From Amphiscolops sp. MND2022 (lineage: Eukaryota), in assembly GCA_964187785.1 (NCBI GenBank), contig OZ076409.1, positions 62,994,001 to 63,058,000 on the forward strand: a stretch of DNA of 64,000 bases. The letters are read 5' to 3'. Made by a program: the position numbers and the translations under genes. Below the pieces are notes generated by a model, which worked only from the letters and a program-made list of their open reading frames with translations, was not told where the DNA came from and made no database searches. Below are positions 14,743 to 29,694 of this stretch, piece by piece; position 1 is the first letter of the stretch, and every line of letters starts with the position of its first letter.

Positions 14743-17054
14743 CGTCTCACAAGTAGCTTTTGAGCTATTGAGTAATGAAGTTCGCCAAACTTCAATGCTC
14801 CCTATACACCATGTGGTATAACGTTTAACTTTTTGATCAGACTTCGAAACAAAAAATACCGCTGAATTGTGATCGAAATTTGAGACACTTATGCTCCTTA
14901 GGGGGGTTTATTGTAAATTGAATATATAAAATGATATTCCGGTTGGAAAACGTTCGTTAGCCTAATCGAGTGACTGACTTTAGCGTTTTGGTACTCTAGT
15001 GTATATTGATTCTCAAATCACTCGTTCTTTGCCATCAGAGTACTGAGTAGCTGACTAGTTTTCTTATGAGCTTTCTCATGAGCAGAGACGTTTCGTTTTG
15101 AAAATTATTCTACGACGTAATGAAAAGAATTTTAAATCCAACGTCAAAAAGCGATTAATGAGAACTATTCACTTAAGATCTTGATGTTTTGAGCCCCAAA
15201 TTACACGAAACTTGCCTTTACATTTACTTTTTTTAATTTTCTTCTTGCAAGTTGGTGACAAAATCTTAGGAAAAAGTTGAAGTTTTGGATATTTTGGCAA
15301 TATCGCGATAAATTTTGGAAATGTATGGAGAATGAATTAGGATCATTCAGATGCCCAATGTGTTTCTATTGTAGAAAGTGTTCATGAATAGGTCTCAAAA
15401 TTTGCTCCTTCAGATCTGTTTCGTCTAATGCATAAAGCTCGTTCAGCGACTGGTTCTCAAAATATATTCAAGTCTTGAGCTCTTGGCTCTTGTTGTAAAA
15501 AAGTTAAGTTTCGGAATGAAACTTGTCCAAAATCTGAGGCACTTTCACCTTAGCTGAACGTTTTCCAAATTTATTTATTTATTTATTTATTTTCCATATA
15601 TTTACTTGTTTACTTATTTATTCATCACCCTAAAATTGGAAATGGAAAATTAATCTAGCCATAGAAACAATCATTCCATTGACACATAATGATTTTAAAA
15701 ATTTTCAATAAGAATTCACATGTTCAAAGTCGAAATACACACTGCTCATAGTTTTTTTTGTTGAACTTTGATTTTTACCCATCTATTCACATATTCAGTT
15801 TGATTTTACGCGAAAAATGTTAAGCTTTCTGAATTAAAGGTCGTTTCAATGTTTATTCGCTTTATAAAAGGCTGGCCACAAAACACAATTGCCTGGGAAG
15901 GTATTCATTTCCATTATTCGTAAAATAAACCCCCTCCCCGCAGAAAAAAAAACAACAAAAGCAAAAATGCATAATTGATAGTCTCCGAAGCATCCGTCTG
16001 TGAATCTATATGATGATTCCGTAGGTATAGATACGCGCTTATACTCTTTCACTTATCACAGCATTTGGACTTCAATTCCGGCCCAATTTCTTTTATAGTA
16101 TTCCCTCTCTTCTCTAAACGAAGGCTGATGACTTAGAAGAGTGGTGAAAATTTGATCCGTATCTGGCACATTAGGGGGTAGGAGTTAGTTAATTCAAATA
16201 ATCAAATTGAATGGGCATCTTTTGAATTGTGTGAGAGAGATTCTTAAAGCAAAATCGCAAAATGAGGAGACATTCGACCGATGGCGCAGCCCGTACAGAC
16301 TTAGGACTTGAATCTATGAATGTAGAATGCCACCGCTTTCTCAGGAGAAATGGCTTTGTAATCAACTACCTGGGCTAGAAAGGTGAAAATTAGAAGGGGT
16401 ATTGGAGTATATAGGTTACGTGGTAGGTACTACTTTCTCTTGGTACAAAAAAGAGAAAAATGATAGGAAAAAGTGCTTCACTTTCTGTTCACATTGGCTT
16501 TTTTTCCTGTATTTCTCTTTTTTCTCTTTTCGTAGCCATGTCTGCTTTTGTCTGCGCGAAGGTATATTCGTTTTTAATTTTCTTTGATTTTTCCTAGCGT
16601 GGCGAGTCGGTCGGCTCTCCGGGATAGTGCCCCTGTTAATTTCCGCTGTGCCCTGTGATCCCAATCGCAGAGTAGCTTTTACAATTTCACCCTCTCTGCT
16701 ATCAATAGCAAATTGATTGCATCTTCTTTCCCACTGAAATGCATACTCAAAAGCGGAAGAACGACAGGACATTAAATTTAAATTTTCACGTCCTCATTTT
16801 CGAATTTGTTCACGGCAGGACTTCATAAAATAATTTTATTGGAAAATTGTCATGCTGTAGAAAATTCAAAGGATAAAATGAGGTTCATAGACGAACATTG
16901 TAATGCTCCGGTTTCTGTGACTGTTCCCAAGAGACCCCGCGCGGTCAATATTGGGCATAAAAATTGGATATTGCCTGAGAGTTTACACAGACAGATATGA
17001 GTCCTACTTTCTCTGTCGTTTATCTACTTCGAGGACTTTCAAAGGAAAATGAAA

Positions 17055-17328
17055 AATGTGTATGTACATTTTAGGCTTGATTAATTTTTACTATTTTTTT
17101 GAGCTTCGCTACTCATACTTCTGATATTTGTTTGTCTTTTTTGGGCGGGTTCTCGTTTTTAATGGATGGGTCCATTGGTTAAGTCCATGGACTTAATTAA
17201 TGGACCATCCATTAAAAACGAAAACCCGCCCAAAAAAGACAAACAAATATCAGAAGTATGAGTAACGAAGCTCATAAAATTTCAAATATTGGTCAAAATC
17301 TATCAAGCTTAAAATGTACATACACATT
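17055..17328. repeat. Spacer-less long palindrome / foldback element (about 270 bp)
   Basis: Arms are near-perfect reverse complements centred on gtccatggac (17187/17188). Confidence 0.85.
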
Positions 17329-17603
17329 CTGCATATTCTTCCCAAACACTTCATTGACGAATTACAATTTCGATAATATTGATGTTTCTGAAAACAAGAC
17401 ACTCGATGAACACCTGGATGATTAACACTCTTGATTTTTTTTGTGACGACATACTCTTCAGGCTCGAGTGTAACCAATTATCAATGGACTTGAAAAAAAT
17501 TCGAAAAATTTGATGAATTTGACACTTTAAGGTTTATCTTATAGCTTTTTTTCTTAAGGAGGATGTCATGTAGCTTATTCTTTTGTTGTTGAACTCTTTG
17601 GAT

Positions 17604-18386
17604 ACTCACGCCCTTTTTGGAAACTATCTCCCCATGGTTACCTATGTGTTGCCAAGCGGTGAAACAATGGTCAATTTGATGCTTTGGTTTCGAAGTGACT
17701 TGCACAATGGTCTGACTCTGTTACACTTTTTTGGCTCGTTTCGCGAACCTTTTTTAAAATTTTTTTTAATTTTCTAAGGTATCCTAAGTATCTCACTAGT
17801 TCTCAAAAGTTCAAAAATCTAAAAAAGAATGCATAAAACGGTCAAAAATTCAAAATTCATTTTTATTGAAAATCTTCCGGGTTTTTTTGAAACAGAGTTG
17901 GCTAATTGTTTTTGTAGTTGAGAACGATGTTTTACAGTACTCACGAAAAGGTTAAACTTTCCGAAAAAAATGTTTCAAAATTGCAAAATTGCGGTCAAAG
18001 TTGAAAATGGGATAATTTGGGATCATCATGAGGTCATTGATTTTTGGGACCTTTTCAAAACAAACACCATGCTGTGTAGGTCTTTGTTTCGTTGTTCAGT
18101 TTGTCCGAGAGTCGTAGCCTAGAAAACATCCAAGAAACAAACAAAAATTGATCAGATGCAACAAAAAAGCGCTTGGTGTCGCCAATATGTTGATTCCTTC
18201 TTTCCTGAACTCTGACCTTTTATAAATGTTAATAAAAAAAACCATATGGTACAGTATTGGGCGTTTCAAACATTTCACGCCTAAACGATGATTTTAAATG
18301 AATGTAGTTTTGGTCAAATTGACCATTGTTTCACCGCTTGGCAACACATAGGTAACCATGGGGAGATTTCCAAAAAGGGCGTGAGT
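17604..18386. mobile_element. Non-autonomous DNA transposon (MITE-like) with about 70-bp terminal inverted repeats
   Basis: actcacgccctttttggaaa...gaaacaatggtcaatttga (17604-17679) is the reverse complement of 18314-18386 apart from a 3-nt indel; no ORF inside; no clear TSD. Confidence 0.75.
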
Positions 18387-21219
18387 GCTGGTTCATTGCT
18401 TTATAAATTCAAGGAGAACTATCCATATAAGCCCTGGCATCTCGGATTTTACCGTGTGTTTAGCGTTTAAAAAAGTTGAATTTTTCATGAAAAGGAACTT
18501 TTTACTTCTTTTCAGCAGCTCTCTTTCAACAAGACTTCCGCTAAGCATTGAACTATTAAAGCAACATTGAATAATTGTTCAAAACTTGTTTCAAAGAGAT
18601 CAAATTAAGAATTGATGAATTTTTTGCTGGGAAGTTTACTTTTTCGTAGTTGAATTTAATGGGAAACTGAATTTAAAGTGCGGCAAAATTTGTGAAAGAA
18701 ACACGGCTGAGAGGTTAATTTTTTCCCACATGAAATATATGGGCGGGATATCGAAAACGAGAAATTAACTAAATTTTGAATTGATCTAGTCTTTCCCTCG
18801 TTTTGTTTTCTTTCATATCTTAGAGGTTGGTTTTTGAACCATGCATTATTAGTGTGTAACTTACTAGTGTGGAGCTCTGACTTCACAGACAGACAAAGCG
18901 TGGGTCATTGCTGCACTGATCGAATCTCGAGGGGGTATCACTTCTTTAATCATCAATTCTCCCTTGAAGTCGTACGCCCCAATGGGTGAAATTAGAAGGC
19001 GTCTTTATTACCTTCGCTAATTGTTTACTTTGAGTGCAATCTTGGCCATGTTTTTTTTGCATTTCAGTCCGCACATCGTCATTATTCTTGTCAATGTCTG
19101 GGAGCTAATGTGTTTCCAATTATAGAAAAATCACACAATTTCATTAGACCAATTTTTACACCCTTCTTTACAGCACCGCGTTTGATTATTGGTAATCAAT
19201 TTCGCCTCGGTGACAACGCTTTTAATATCATGCTTGAAAAAGACCTCTGATTTCTTTTTTATTCACATGCAGATTCAGAGCTAGCCAGCACGGGCTCAAT
19301 CAATTTTACCAGGCTGTGTATTAGACTTAGCACATTATACAAAGACGATACACGCCACGACTGGGGTTTAATTTGATCATTTGTGTCTGTCGGATGAAAT
19401 TGCATGCATGTTTCATATAACCCCTCTAGTATTTATCCTTAAACACACCGTTTGAATTCAATTCAAGGTGAGAAACAAAAAATCGAATCGCTAAATATGC
19501 GATGCAAGCCAAAAATGGAAGAACCAACAAAAAGAGAAAAATCCGCAATTGCAGAGAATCAAGAAAATGGGGAACTGCAAATTTTCACGTTTTTAGAAAA
19601 AATTTTCATTAATATTGGTTAGTTAGACACGTAAAGACAATAAAAGCTTGTTTTATATTCTTTTTGATCTCAAGGAGACCTTGAAGCAGCTTTTCCCATT
19701 ATAACTTGCATTTTTTCCAAATTTCTCCGCCTTCAAAATAAAAAAAATAAGTAGGAGCTCCGTACTTATAAATTAAAAATGTTTGATGAAAATCCATTTT
19801 TCTTCAGCACTATTTTTGGGAGCACAGTGTGTAATTAATTAATCAGTGTCTGCCAAAATTATTGAGATAGATTTGACTGTAAACTCATGTGGTGGCGCAA
19901 TCATTCTGGTACAAGAACTTTCATATTATTGCTAATACATAAGATAAAAAGGTTTGTCAGAGCGGTTCCATAGTCTCAATAAACATCGTATTTACATAGC
20001 ATTTTGTGAGAGGGATTTTGTAAGAGGTAACTGCCAACCAGCGATTACTGAAACGCCAAAATTGAATGTCAAAAGTTCCGGAAAATTTACTGATAATGTA
20101 TCTTTTACCAAGTGATCTGCTGATCAAGGAGGGAAACGTTTTCACAAGAAGATTTTTTCCATTCATTGCTGAGTCTAATTTAGAACCAGTGGTTATCGAA
20201 ACGCATCACACCTGTAAAACGGATTTTTTTCCTAGAGAAAATGAAACTGTGCATGAGAGACTCCCAAAAGCCTTTGAAAGAAGTTTTAATGAAAAGTTTT
20301 TTTGTAACGTCAAACCAACAGCTACATTCCAGAACCGGGACAATGCCCAGATTGCCCTAACAAGAGACCAGTGTCTTACAACAACCTGAACAACAGTTTT
20401 TAGTCCCAAATGGTCTCAGTGGGGACTTTTCCTAAACGCCGTGGAGACTCCTCAGATTAGAGCTCCGTGGCGACGTGCCGGCACACTCAAAGTCCGGACA
20501 CATCCCACAAGCACGTAAAAACGGTCCTAAAGGCTTCCTGTGATCCTACATACCTCCGAGGTCCGAAAACAGGGGTTTTAGTTCATACTCATTCTATTAG
20601 GAAAATAACCTCAAAAGTACCAATCATAAGGATCTGGCAGATCCAGCACCACCATACATCTGCAAATCAATATCAACAGCATTAGAATTAATTAAAATGG
20701 GAACTTCTGACACGTTTCTATTAATTCTGCAGTTTTCTTCATCTTCGAATATGGGATGTCTGGATTCTGGATCATCTCGTGGTTAAAAACCTGCAATTAT
20801 GGGGTGAGACGACACAATTCCGGGTTTTTCTGTGTCTCTCTGTGTTGGAGTGTCTCTTCTCTTCTTCTTCTGAGTCGGGGGGTCGTCATTTTTTTGTTCT
20901 TCTGCTTCTTTTTTGATTTCAACGACCTGCTAGATCGGCCATTTTGATTCGCACATTTTCAACTTTTTTGAACGAAATTTTGGTGCTTTACTTTTGTTGA
21001 ATCTTTATAAGCTTGATAAAATGAGCTTTGTTCTATTTCAGCTTTGTTAGTATAAAAGATTATGATTGTATGCATTTGATTTTTTATCTTTTGATTTGTT
21101 ATCAAGATTTTTTATCATTTGATAAAGACAATATCAACCAAATGATTCCGTATTTAGCTACTCTAGAGTAGGAGTGTTTGTCAACATAAAATCACCTGAA
21201 CATAAATTTGCTGAACTGG

Positions 21220-24200
21220 TATCGTCAGTTCTTCTGATTAAATTGAACCGAATAAGTCGGTCACAGTCAAAACTACTGATCGCAGCCTTTCGAGAGGCAA
21301 GCCCAATTCCCAGATCCTCAAAATTGTAAAAGAAACCCCGGCGTGTTATATGGTGTTGTACAAAACCATATAACACGCCGGGGTTTCTTTTACATTTTTC
21401 AGGATCTGGGAATTGGGCTTGCCTCCCGAAAGGCTCCTGTCAATGGTTCTGGGGGTTCCTGTCTTCGACTCCACCTTTACTACTATAACACTTCAAACCA
21501 ATCTCTCACACCCAAAAACAGTTTCGTGTTTCTTTTACGCCCGTATCTATTCGGTTGCGTACATCCGCATTTTCCTCTTTCTGTTCGGTCGGAAATATGA
21601 TGACTCCGGGAATAAACTTTCAGTGTATTGTCGTTCCGTTTTCATTTGTTACGGTATGTCATTGCCACGTTTTGCGTTTTGTATTTTTTGTTGGAAACTC
21701 CCTTTTAAAACTTTTTGGTTGGTATTGTTCCAGACGAACTTAACAGGGTAATTACTGACAGAATGTATCTTGTGTGTACTGTATATTCGCATTACATTCA
21801 GTGCTTTGTTTGCGCACTGGGATAGATTCAAGTTACCTAAGTTAACTGTTTTCAAATTCCTAACAGTTTGTATCACGCGTTCAAAGCCTGATGATTTTCG
21901 ATATACAAAATTCGGTATATTGGTTCAACATGAAAGAGATGCCATTGTCCGATTCGATTTTCTCCGTTTTTGATATTGATTAAAGTTTCGTTACAGGAAA
22001 ATTACTTTCGTTTCTGACGTTTTTTCAAAGATACCAGTTTTCGAGGATTGGATATTTGCTGTTAGGTTTTGGTTTTCTCGTTCTTTTTCGTATTTTGTGT
22101 TTTTGCGCAGTTCGGACGTCTTAGCCCATTTCAGTATTTGAGTTTTTAGATTCTCATGGGAGGCCAGACAAGCTTCGAGCAGCAGCCAATTCTAAAAATT
22201 TCGGTGTCCGCTGTTCCGTTTGGGATCGTGACTTTCAAGTCAAGCAGTAAATCAAATTCAGCTTCTTTCATTGTCTCATCGGTGACCTTTTTGTTTTCCA
22301 TTACGGTACCAACGGTTTCATTTTTTTCTTACGTAGAGTATTTTCCCCCCAGACTTGTAGTTTCTGAGATTAGCAATTAGGAAGTTTCGTCCCTCGTTGT
22401 TTGGCTCTCATCCTCTGTTTCGGGATCATTTTGTAGGTTCTCGACTTGTTGTATAGAGCAGTTGCTCTATATCGATGTTCAGTGATTGAGTAAATATGAT
22501 TGTCTCTATAATCTCTGTTGCTGCCCCAGTGGAAATACTGTCGGTCGTATTTGTTTTCAGAAAGAGCTGAAAATATTGAAACAGTATTAATTTCGGTAGG
22601 CCTAAACTTTAGCAAAACTCTTCTCGGTCTAGTTTTCGTTTGCCTGTTTAGGTTGTTCATGCTTTGATTGTTTTGAAAGTTTGTTTGTTATTTAATTGGT
22701 TAATTTTTTTGTTCTCGTGGGTTTCGCTGATTCCCGGTGCGTTTTATCATTGGATCGGAACTCCGTATACTATTATTTTTTTAAAATTGCTTCGAGAGGA
22801 TGTTCACGACGTATTGCTAAACAAACGCTGTTTTGGTGATGGCTTTCGTGACTGGATCTGCTGAAAAAATCTGGAAATTGTGAATTGTTACCGGCGAGGT
22901 GCTGTGTTGTAAATGCAAAACGTGCTAATTGATTTCACGATTTGGTTTGTCTTGCAGTGTATTGATTGTTTCATCTAATTCCTTTTCCTAAAAGTTCTAG
23001 TGCTTGGTGTTCAGGGTTCGGAAATACTTTTCACAGTAATAAAACCATTGGAAAAAGTCTATCGGGAAGAACTTCTGCAATTTTTTTCCAAATAAAATTT
23101 TTTCATTGTCCTTCAGGATTTCACTATCGAATGCTTTCGGTGTTACGTTTCCGTCTGACTGTTTTTTGCGGTATTGTTTTTCCGAGCCCCTTTTCGCAAG
23201 CGTCGGTTGTTACAACGTGTTTCGATCTTTAGAATAGTGTGCTAGTCCTGGTTTTGAGATTAAGCTTTTCTTTACGTCGGAATCAACTATTTCTTGTTCT
23301 GATCCCCATTTCCAGTAATTGCTTTTTTTCAGTATTCTTCGTAGTCTAAACGTCCGCTCCAATGATCGTTCTAGGTGTTTTGCGACGTTTTGTTTTGCCC
23401 GAGGAAAACTTTTAGTTGTTTCTGTTATTTTGGGTTATTTAGATCTAGATACGTTTTAATCATTTTTTTTTCAATTTGTTACAGTCTGCAAAAATTTCGA
23501 GTCCCAATATTTTTTTGTGAATAAAAATTCGTATTTCTTTTACCTGCTCGGACACTGCTCGGATTCTGCTCGAATTCTGCTAGCTTTTAATCACATGTAA
23601 AAGCTATTGTGAACTTCATTGTTTTCTTTTGTGAACAACTAAGATATGTTTCAGCAATTTTTTTGTGATGAATTATTGTGGGATTTTGGCTCAATAGGTA
23701 AATCGGTTTTTGAATTAGCAGTACCTGCTGCATTTTCCTCCTGTTTTTGGCAACACCTATTTGTCCAATTGATTTTATTTGCATTACTCTGTTGATCTCT
23801 TCCCAAAAACTCGATTGTGAATCATCAGTTTCCCTGTTTGCTGTTATTGCGTTCTGTTATTCTTTGTATTTTTGTTTGTATAGTTCATTTTGTCTGCATA
23901 CCTTCGTGAAGTGCCCTTTCTTTCCGCAATTGTTTGTTGTTCGATCAAATGCATGGCATTAGTGCGTTTAGTTCCAGTTTGGCAAATTGCAAAACTTTCA
24001 GGAGTCGCAATTTTTATATTGGATTTTCATTCTTGTTTTTAATCTTCAATTGTACCACTTTTTGATAAGGTTCCTCTTTTATATCGTTTTCCTCGTTTCA
24101 AAATATTGCTTCGGATATCGAGATCGTGCCGTTTTTCTTCTCGTATAAGATTGGTTTTATCATTCCAATAATGTTTTGCATTTCTTAATTTTAGTTTTTC

Positions 24201-24760
24201 AATTTGACTTTAAGTTCCTTAATTGCGGTCAAAAATTTTGAGAACAAAAATAATTCGGCTGCTTTGTTTCCTTGTTATATTAACTTTCCAATTCTTCCAG
24301 TATGTGAGAGAAAGGCTCTGGTGTTTCATCTGCTGTTGGTTCTTTCCATTTAACGCGATTGTTGTATTTTTCGGAAGGAAATATTCGTTGAATAGTCGAA
24401 CAAATCTTTGATGGCTTTTCTGTCCGAATCTGCTTCATACTCTGCTCGAGTCTTTTGATATAGGGCTTCTAGACTGATCACCCTGATGAAATCTTCTTAA
24501 ATTTTCCGTGTTTTTTGCCCATCTGTTTTGTGCCGTTTCGTTTCCTTTAATCAAATGAATGATGTCTGTTTTGTACTTTCATTTCGCATATTGTCTAAAG
24601 TTTTCTACTCATTGTTTCGGGGTTGAATATCCGTATCAAGCTACCCTATTGTAAGAGTGTTTGTCAATAATTATTGAATAAAATCATCTAAACATAAATT
24701 GACTTGTCCAATTTCGTCAGTTCTTTTACCTGACATGAACCGAATAAGCCGGTCACGGTA
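21220..24760 (-). mobile_element. Heavily decayed Penelope-like retroelement remnant
   Basis: About 45-nt direct repeat at both ends (tcgtcagttctt...tgaaccgaataag.cggtcac at ~21222 and ~24714); faint GIY-YIG-like (NFVY...QTVRNLK) and RT-like traces; many stops. Confidence 0.35.
21284..21435. repeat. 152-bp near-perfect palindrome
   Basis: Centred on ttgtacaa (21359/21360); arms agcctttcg...cgaaaggct. Confidence 0.85.
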
Positions 24761-27700
24761 TGATACCATATAACAAGCGTTTTGATAGAATTCTCTGTTT
24801 GAAGATGTTTGGTGCATCATTGCAGCTAATGCAGAAATACACTTGAAATGATGCCGTTTGCCAATCCGTAGCTTGACGTTCGGCGACATTTCCTGGGGAC
24901 AGGAAATATTACAAGTCGTTTTCCACAATGACCAAACCCAATTATCATTCTCAAGCACACAATGCACATGAAAGTCTCTCAGCCTCATAATTTTTGTCTT
25001 GAGCCTGATCAATTTTCTGGGGGTTCTTGGCCGGATTCTTGGCAATGGATGTGCCATGTTCTGAGGGTATGGAGGAAATTAGGCACTGTTTCACCACGTG
25101 GGAGGAATAAAATCGCCACCATTCACTAAATTCCGGCCATTTACAACACGATACCTGCTTTAAATGGAGGTTATATATCTGACGTACGCGTTGGTGATTT
25201 TGTACTGAAATCGCATCACCCGGTATAAAAGTAAATTCGATCAAGTTTTCCGTACTTCAACTCCGGAGCATTAAATTCCGGTGATAATCAGATTATTTTG
25301 TGTTTTAGCTTGAATAAAAGAAGAGTCATTGTTTTTCAGACTAAAAATGGTCAGATTTAGTTAAAGAATGGCATATTTCAAAAAAATGAACAATAAATTT
25401 AAGTCTATCATTTGAAAAAACCTTTCGGATAATCGCTCTCAAGGGAATATTGAATAAGACGACCGCTGAACATCGGGATATCGTTGCTATGCATTAATCT
25501 TGAGACATACGATTTTTAGGTGTAGAGTGTAGGCGATGCAGCAAAACTCAGGAAACATTTCAAAAAATGCAGAAAAACTTGCACAAAAATCAAAAAATAA
25601 ATTAGTTGCGCTTATTTGCTCTTTCTAGGCACTTTCTTTCAATAAAACTGCAAATTACCTGGATAAAAAGTTTGTTGAAATCTTAGGATATTAATACCCA
25701 CAAAGCATGTTGCATAGAATGGTCCAAAAGTGAACGTTTTTTGCACTTTGAGACATTTTGAAGCACGTTCGCAGTTCCTTGGGGGTAATTTTGCTTCAAA
25801 CATTTTCAAAGAAAGCCATCTTCACAAATACACGTGCTACGAACCTAAATTTTTGAAAGTTGAATTCTGTGGAAAAACAGACCTCTACAGATTTAATAGA
25901 CTTGGTATATATAATAGACTTAGAGTATAAATAAATAAATAGGAATATGTCACAATAAAGGGCGGCACAGAAAATTTTCATATCTGCAGGCTAGTTTTTT
26001 GAAGGACGAAGTTTATTTTTGAAAAATTCGAAAAAGACATTAGCGATCAAAGGATATTTTTAGACTAGTGTAAAGGTTATTCTTCCATCATTACCAGAAA
26101 ACTAGGTAAGGAAATTTCATGAACATTTAATAGATAATTCGATATAATTCATTAATGGATTAATTGAGACAGGCATTTCTGTTGGATCATTTATACATAC
26201 TTCTCATTCAAAATGACCCAGTAATAATTTACAGAGTAGAATAGACTTTCAAATACTTTACCAAACGAATTTTATTAGTTTTCATCCTAACTAGGCAATT
26301 CGTATGCCTTTTTGGGTAAATTTTGAAAAACATTCCGCCATATTTTAAAATTGTATTCTGAATAACATCCAGATAAACTTTCTAGAATTTTTTTTCGGCA
26401 ATTTTCTCTGAAGATTTTTCCAACACCCAAAGCATTGTTCGCCTTTTTTCTTACTGCAGAATTTTCAGCGCCGTACCAGGAGTTTACCAATTGTCATTGA
26501 ATTGTCATTATGTCTAGAAAATTGTTCTGTTGTTGCTTCAAAGAATTGTTCTTTCCTTTTTCCAAGGTCCAGTTGAATTTTCTCTTTGTTATTTAAATAT
26601 AAATAATTAAGCTGGCGGGCGCAAATGAAGGATAATGACGGAAGGAACGGAAAATTCCTCGAGTAAGGGAAATTCGGGAAAATATTAAGCTTAGGGAGAA
26701 TGTTGCAGGCAGTACTTGCAAGAAATTTTCAATTAGCAAAAAGTGGATCCTAAATTTGCAATTACTTGACAAGTTTTGATCTAAGTTGGAAAAATTGGAT
26801 ATGTTGTGTCTAAAATATGGATTGCTAATGGCAAAAATTGACATTTTCTTGACACGTAACACCTGGTTCTACGCAAATTCCCACTGGCGGGGAAGCAGAG
26901 AAAGCTTTTTGATGGAAAATAGATAAAAAATTCATTGAAATTTGGCTATAATGATTCGAGGCTCTGTTCTCGCGTCTAGAACTTGACCACATTTAACAAA
27001 GCTTTTATCTCGCTCAGAACAATCTTATCTTTTTCATTTTCCCAAACTTGAGAAATTCCTTCACGCGCGGATGCGGAAAATCCTTGCAAAGGGATGGAAA
27101 ATTAACACTACGTTTAGATGATGATGCTTTGCAACCAAGCCTTTCAAAACCATGCTGCAAAGAACTACACGGCTAATCTTTGCCGCAAAGTTGCTCTAAA
27201 TTCAAGTTGATGTGGTAATCTTTTTCCTCACGTTCATTTGATCACAGATGCAAGAATTAGATTACATAACAGATTACACAAGATCTTCCAAAGTGTCGAC
27301 ATTAACACCAGGCTATAGCAATATGATGAAAATGTTACGTAAGATGTAATTTCACCAAAGGACTTGACACTAAAATTTCCCAATAAATCGATTTGTTGCG
27401 CAACTTCTGAAAATAATTTCGAGAAAAGGAAATGACACTGGCCCGTCGGCAATTCGTTTCAACTTTGGTGGAAAAAAGTTGAAATCCAAACTGGCTTAAT
27501 GTGGAAATAATTCACACTCGTCAGAATTCTTCTCTGTGTCCTAAGTTACTTTAGGTAACTAAAATTTTATACGTTAAGTACCAAAAACGAAATTTTCCTA
27601 GAAGAATCTCAAATGACCTTGTAAGCAGCTATGTAAAATGAATCTTGAAAAACGAACAAAAATATACTAAATATTGTCGTTGAAAAAAGTCTGATTTTCT

Positions 27701-29078
27701 ATTTTTCTGAAAATAATCAATGAGGAAACGTAGAAGCTTGCAATAACAAGCCTTCATTGTCGATATGGAAAAAATTTGAATAAAAATCGGTTTCTATACA
27801 CTTTGAGTTGCGGGCTTGAAATGAACCTTCGACTTGGAATCAATCAGATAATTCCTCTGATCGTTTTTTGAAAAGTAATTCCAAATTTATTCAGCATGTA
27901 AGATTTTGAGTTATACTATTCCGATGACTCCGAATGAACAAACTGCTGCACAAAACCAGAAAACTTTGTTTGAGTTTTTTCTCCCGATTGTCATGAAAGC
28001 TGGAAAGCGTTTTACTACAGAGGAGACGGAGGTTCGAATCTTATCTGTTTCGATGTTTCATTTATTTCCAAAGTCCGAAAACAGCACGCTATATCCGAGT
28101 TTTTGACGTTATACCCGAAGTAAATCGCGTTTTACTAAGGAGGATGTAGCTTCGGATATTATCAGTTTTGATGCTTCGTTTCCTTCCAAAATCGAAAGAA
28201 AAGCACACTATATCTGATTTTATTTGATCTTGAATCCGAAGTAGTTGAGGTTTCTGGTGCGAATGAAAGCAAAAAGTCTCTTAGGCCCAGAAATCCAAAA
28301 TTGCGAGTTTTCCGGAAGGGCCCTCCCTCCCTTTTAAATTTTAACAGTATTTGCTTTCTTCTGTTTTCTTTCTTCTGACAAGTAGTTTTCGAGACGATTT
28401 TGATAAACTTCAAAAACTTCCAACATTGCCCAAAAATACGAAATGATGAAATTGTTGATAATTCGATTCATTTCCAAAGCAAAAACTACAGTTGTAAGTC
28501 ATCAGAACACGATAACATTTTCCTTTGGAGATTTTTTCCACAATTGTCGATTTGAAGTTTTCAATGTTTTGGCCAACAATAATGTCTGTCCTTCACGTGC
28601 TCGCACTCCGCCGCAAGACACCAGTGACCACCAGGTGCAGGAATTTTGGTAGTTTAATCTCATTTCCACCGGTTACCACTGGTGGCCGACTGGAGACGAC
28701 AGGTGAAATGGTTTCAAAAAATTTCAAAACTGGCTTTGCTGATATGCTTGGCTTTTTGAACTTTACTTGTCGACGTTTCTTAGTTTTCATGGTATAGAAA
28801 CATTTAATCATTGGTTTCTAAAGATTTATTGTTCGTTTTTGAGAATTACTATAAAGACCCCGCTTGCATTAAATTCGCTTTTCAGCACCACTTGAAAGGT
28901 TGACTTTTGAGAAAAAAGGATTAGAGAGGTATTTGATGCAACAGTGAAACTTTTACCCAAAAACTTTCAAAAGAATCCCCCTTTGGTTTTTTGGTACTTT
29001 CAGTTTTAAAAAATGTTTTTAAGCCCAATTGGCTCCCTATAAATTTTGGAGTACTGTCGCACGCATGGGTGAAATTAG

Positions 29079-29084
29079 TTTATT
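29079..29084 (-). terminator. Predicted polyadenylation signal AATAAA in the 3' LTR
   Basis: The only minus-strand AATAAA I found in the LTR, about 25 nt from the LTR end. Confidence 0.5.
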
Positions 29085-29694
29085 AGTTTTAATCTGTCAA
29101 GTCCTTGTTTGCATTTTACAAGGTACTATCTCGCGACGGTTCTGTTATTGATTTATCAAGTATAAGTCCCAACAAATAAATTAGCAACTTACTGATAAAG
29201 GGGTGCCTTGCGTGTACGTGCGAACAAAAGAAATTGCGTGAGTCGCGCAAGGCGGTGTTTGTAAATGAGCTTCCCGTTTACTGAAAATGTATGGTGAATA
29301 AATATGTTTAATTACGAATGAGTTGAGAATATTGAAAGTGAACAATTTCTGGACATAGCAATATTTCCTTCAATTGTTACAAATCTCAGATTAATAAAGA
29401 TTACAACTTCACTTTACAAGAAGTAATATAACTTTTACAATTTATCATTTAAGAAAATGAAACTATTTACAAATAATAAGAATTTCCCTTTTTCTTCGGA
29501 AATCTTTTTCTCAAACAAAGATTACAAATCCGTACTATTTTAAACGGAAGAGTTTTGATTTAGATGTCTCTATTCAGTAGAAAGTTGAATAGCATTAAGA
29601 CTTTTTCATAATATGACACTTTAAAACTTCAATCATCCCTTTTCTTATGTGAGTTTATGTAATTTCAACCTCATAGAAATTTAGTTCTAATAAG

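Noticed and set aside
19950..20700. Possible LINE ORF1 (PHD/esterase) remnant
   Set aside because: Too degraded; the motifs are not convincing.
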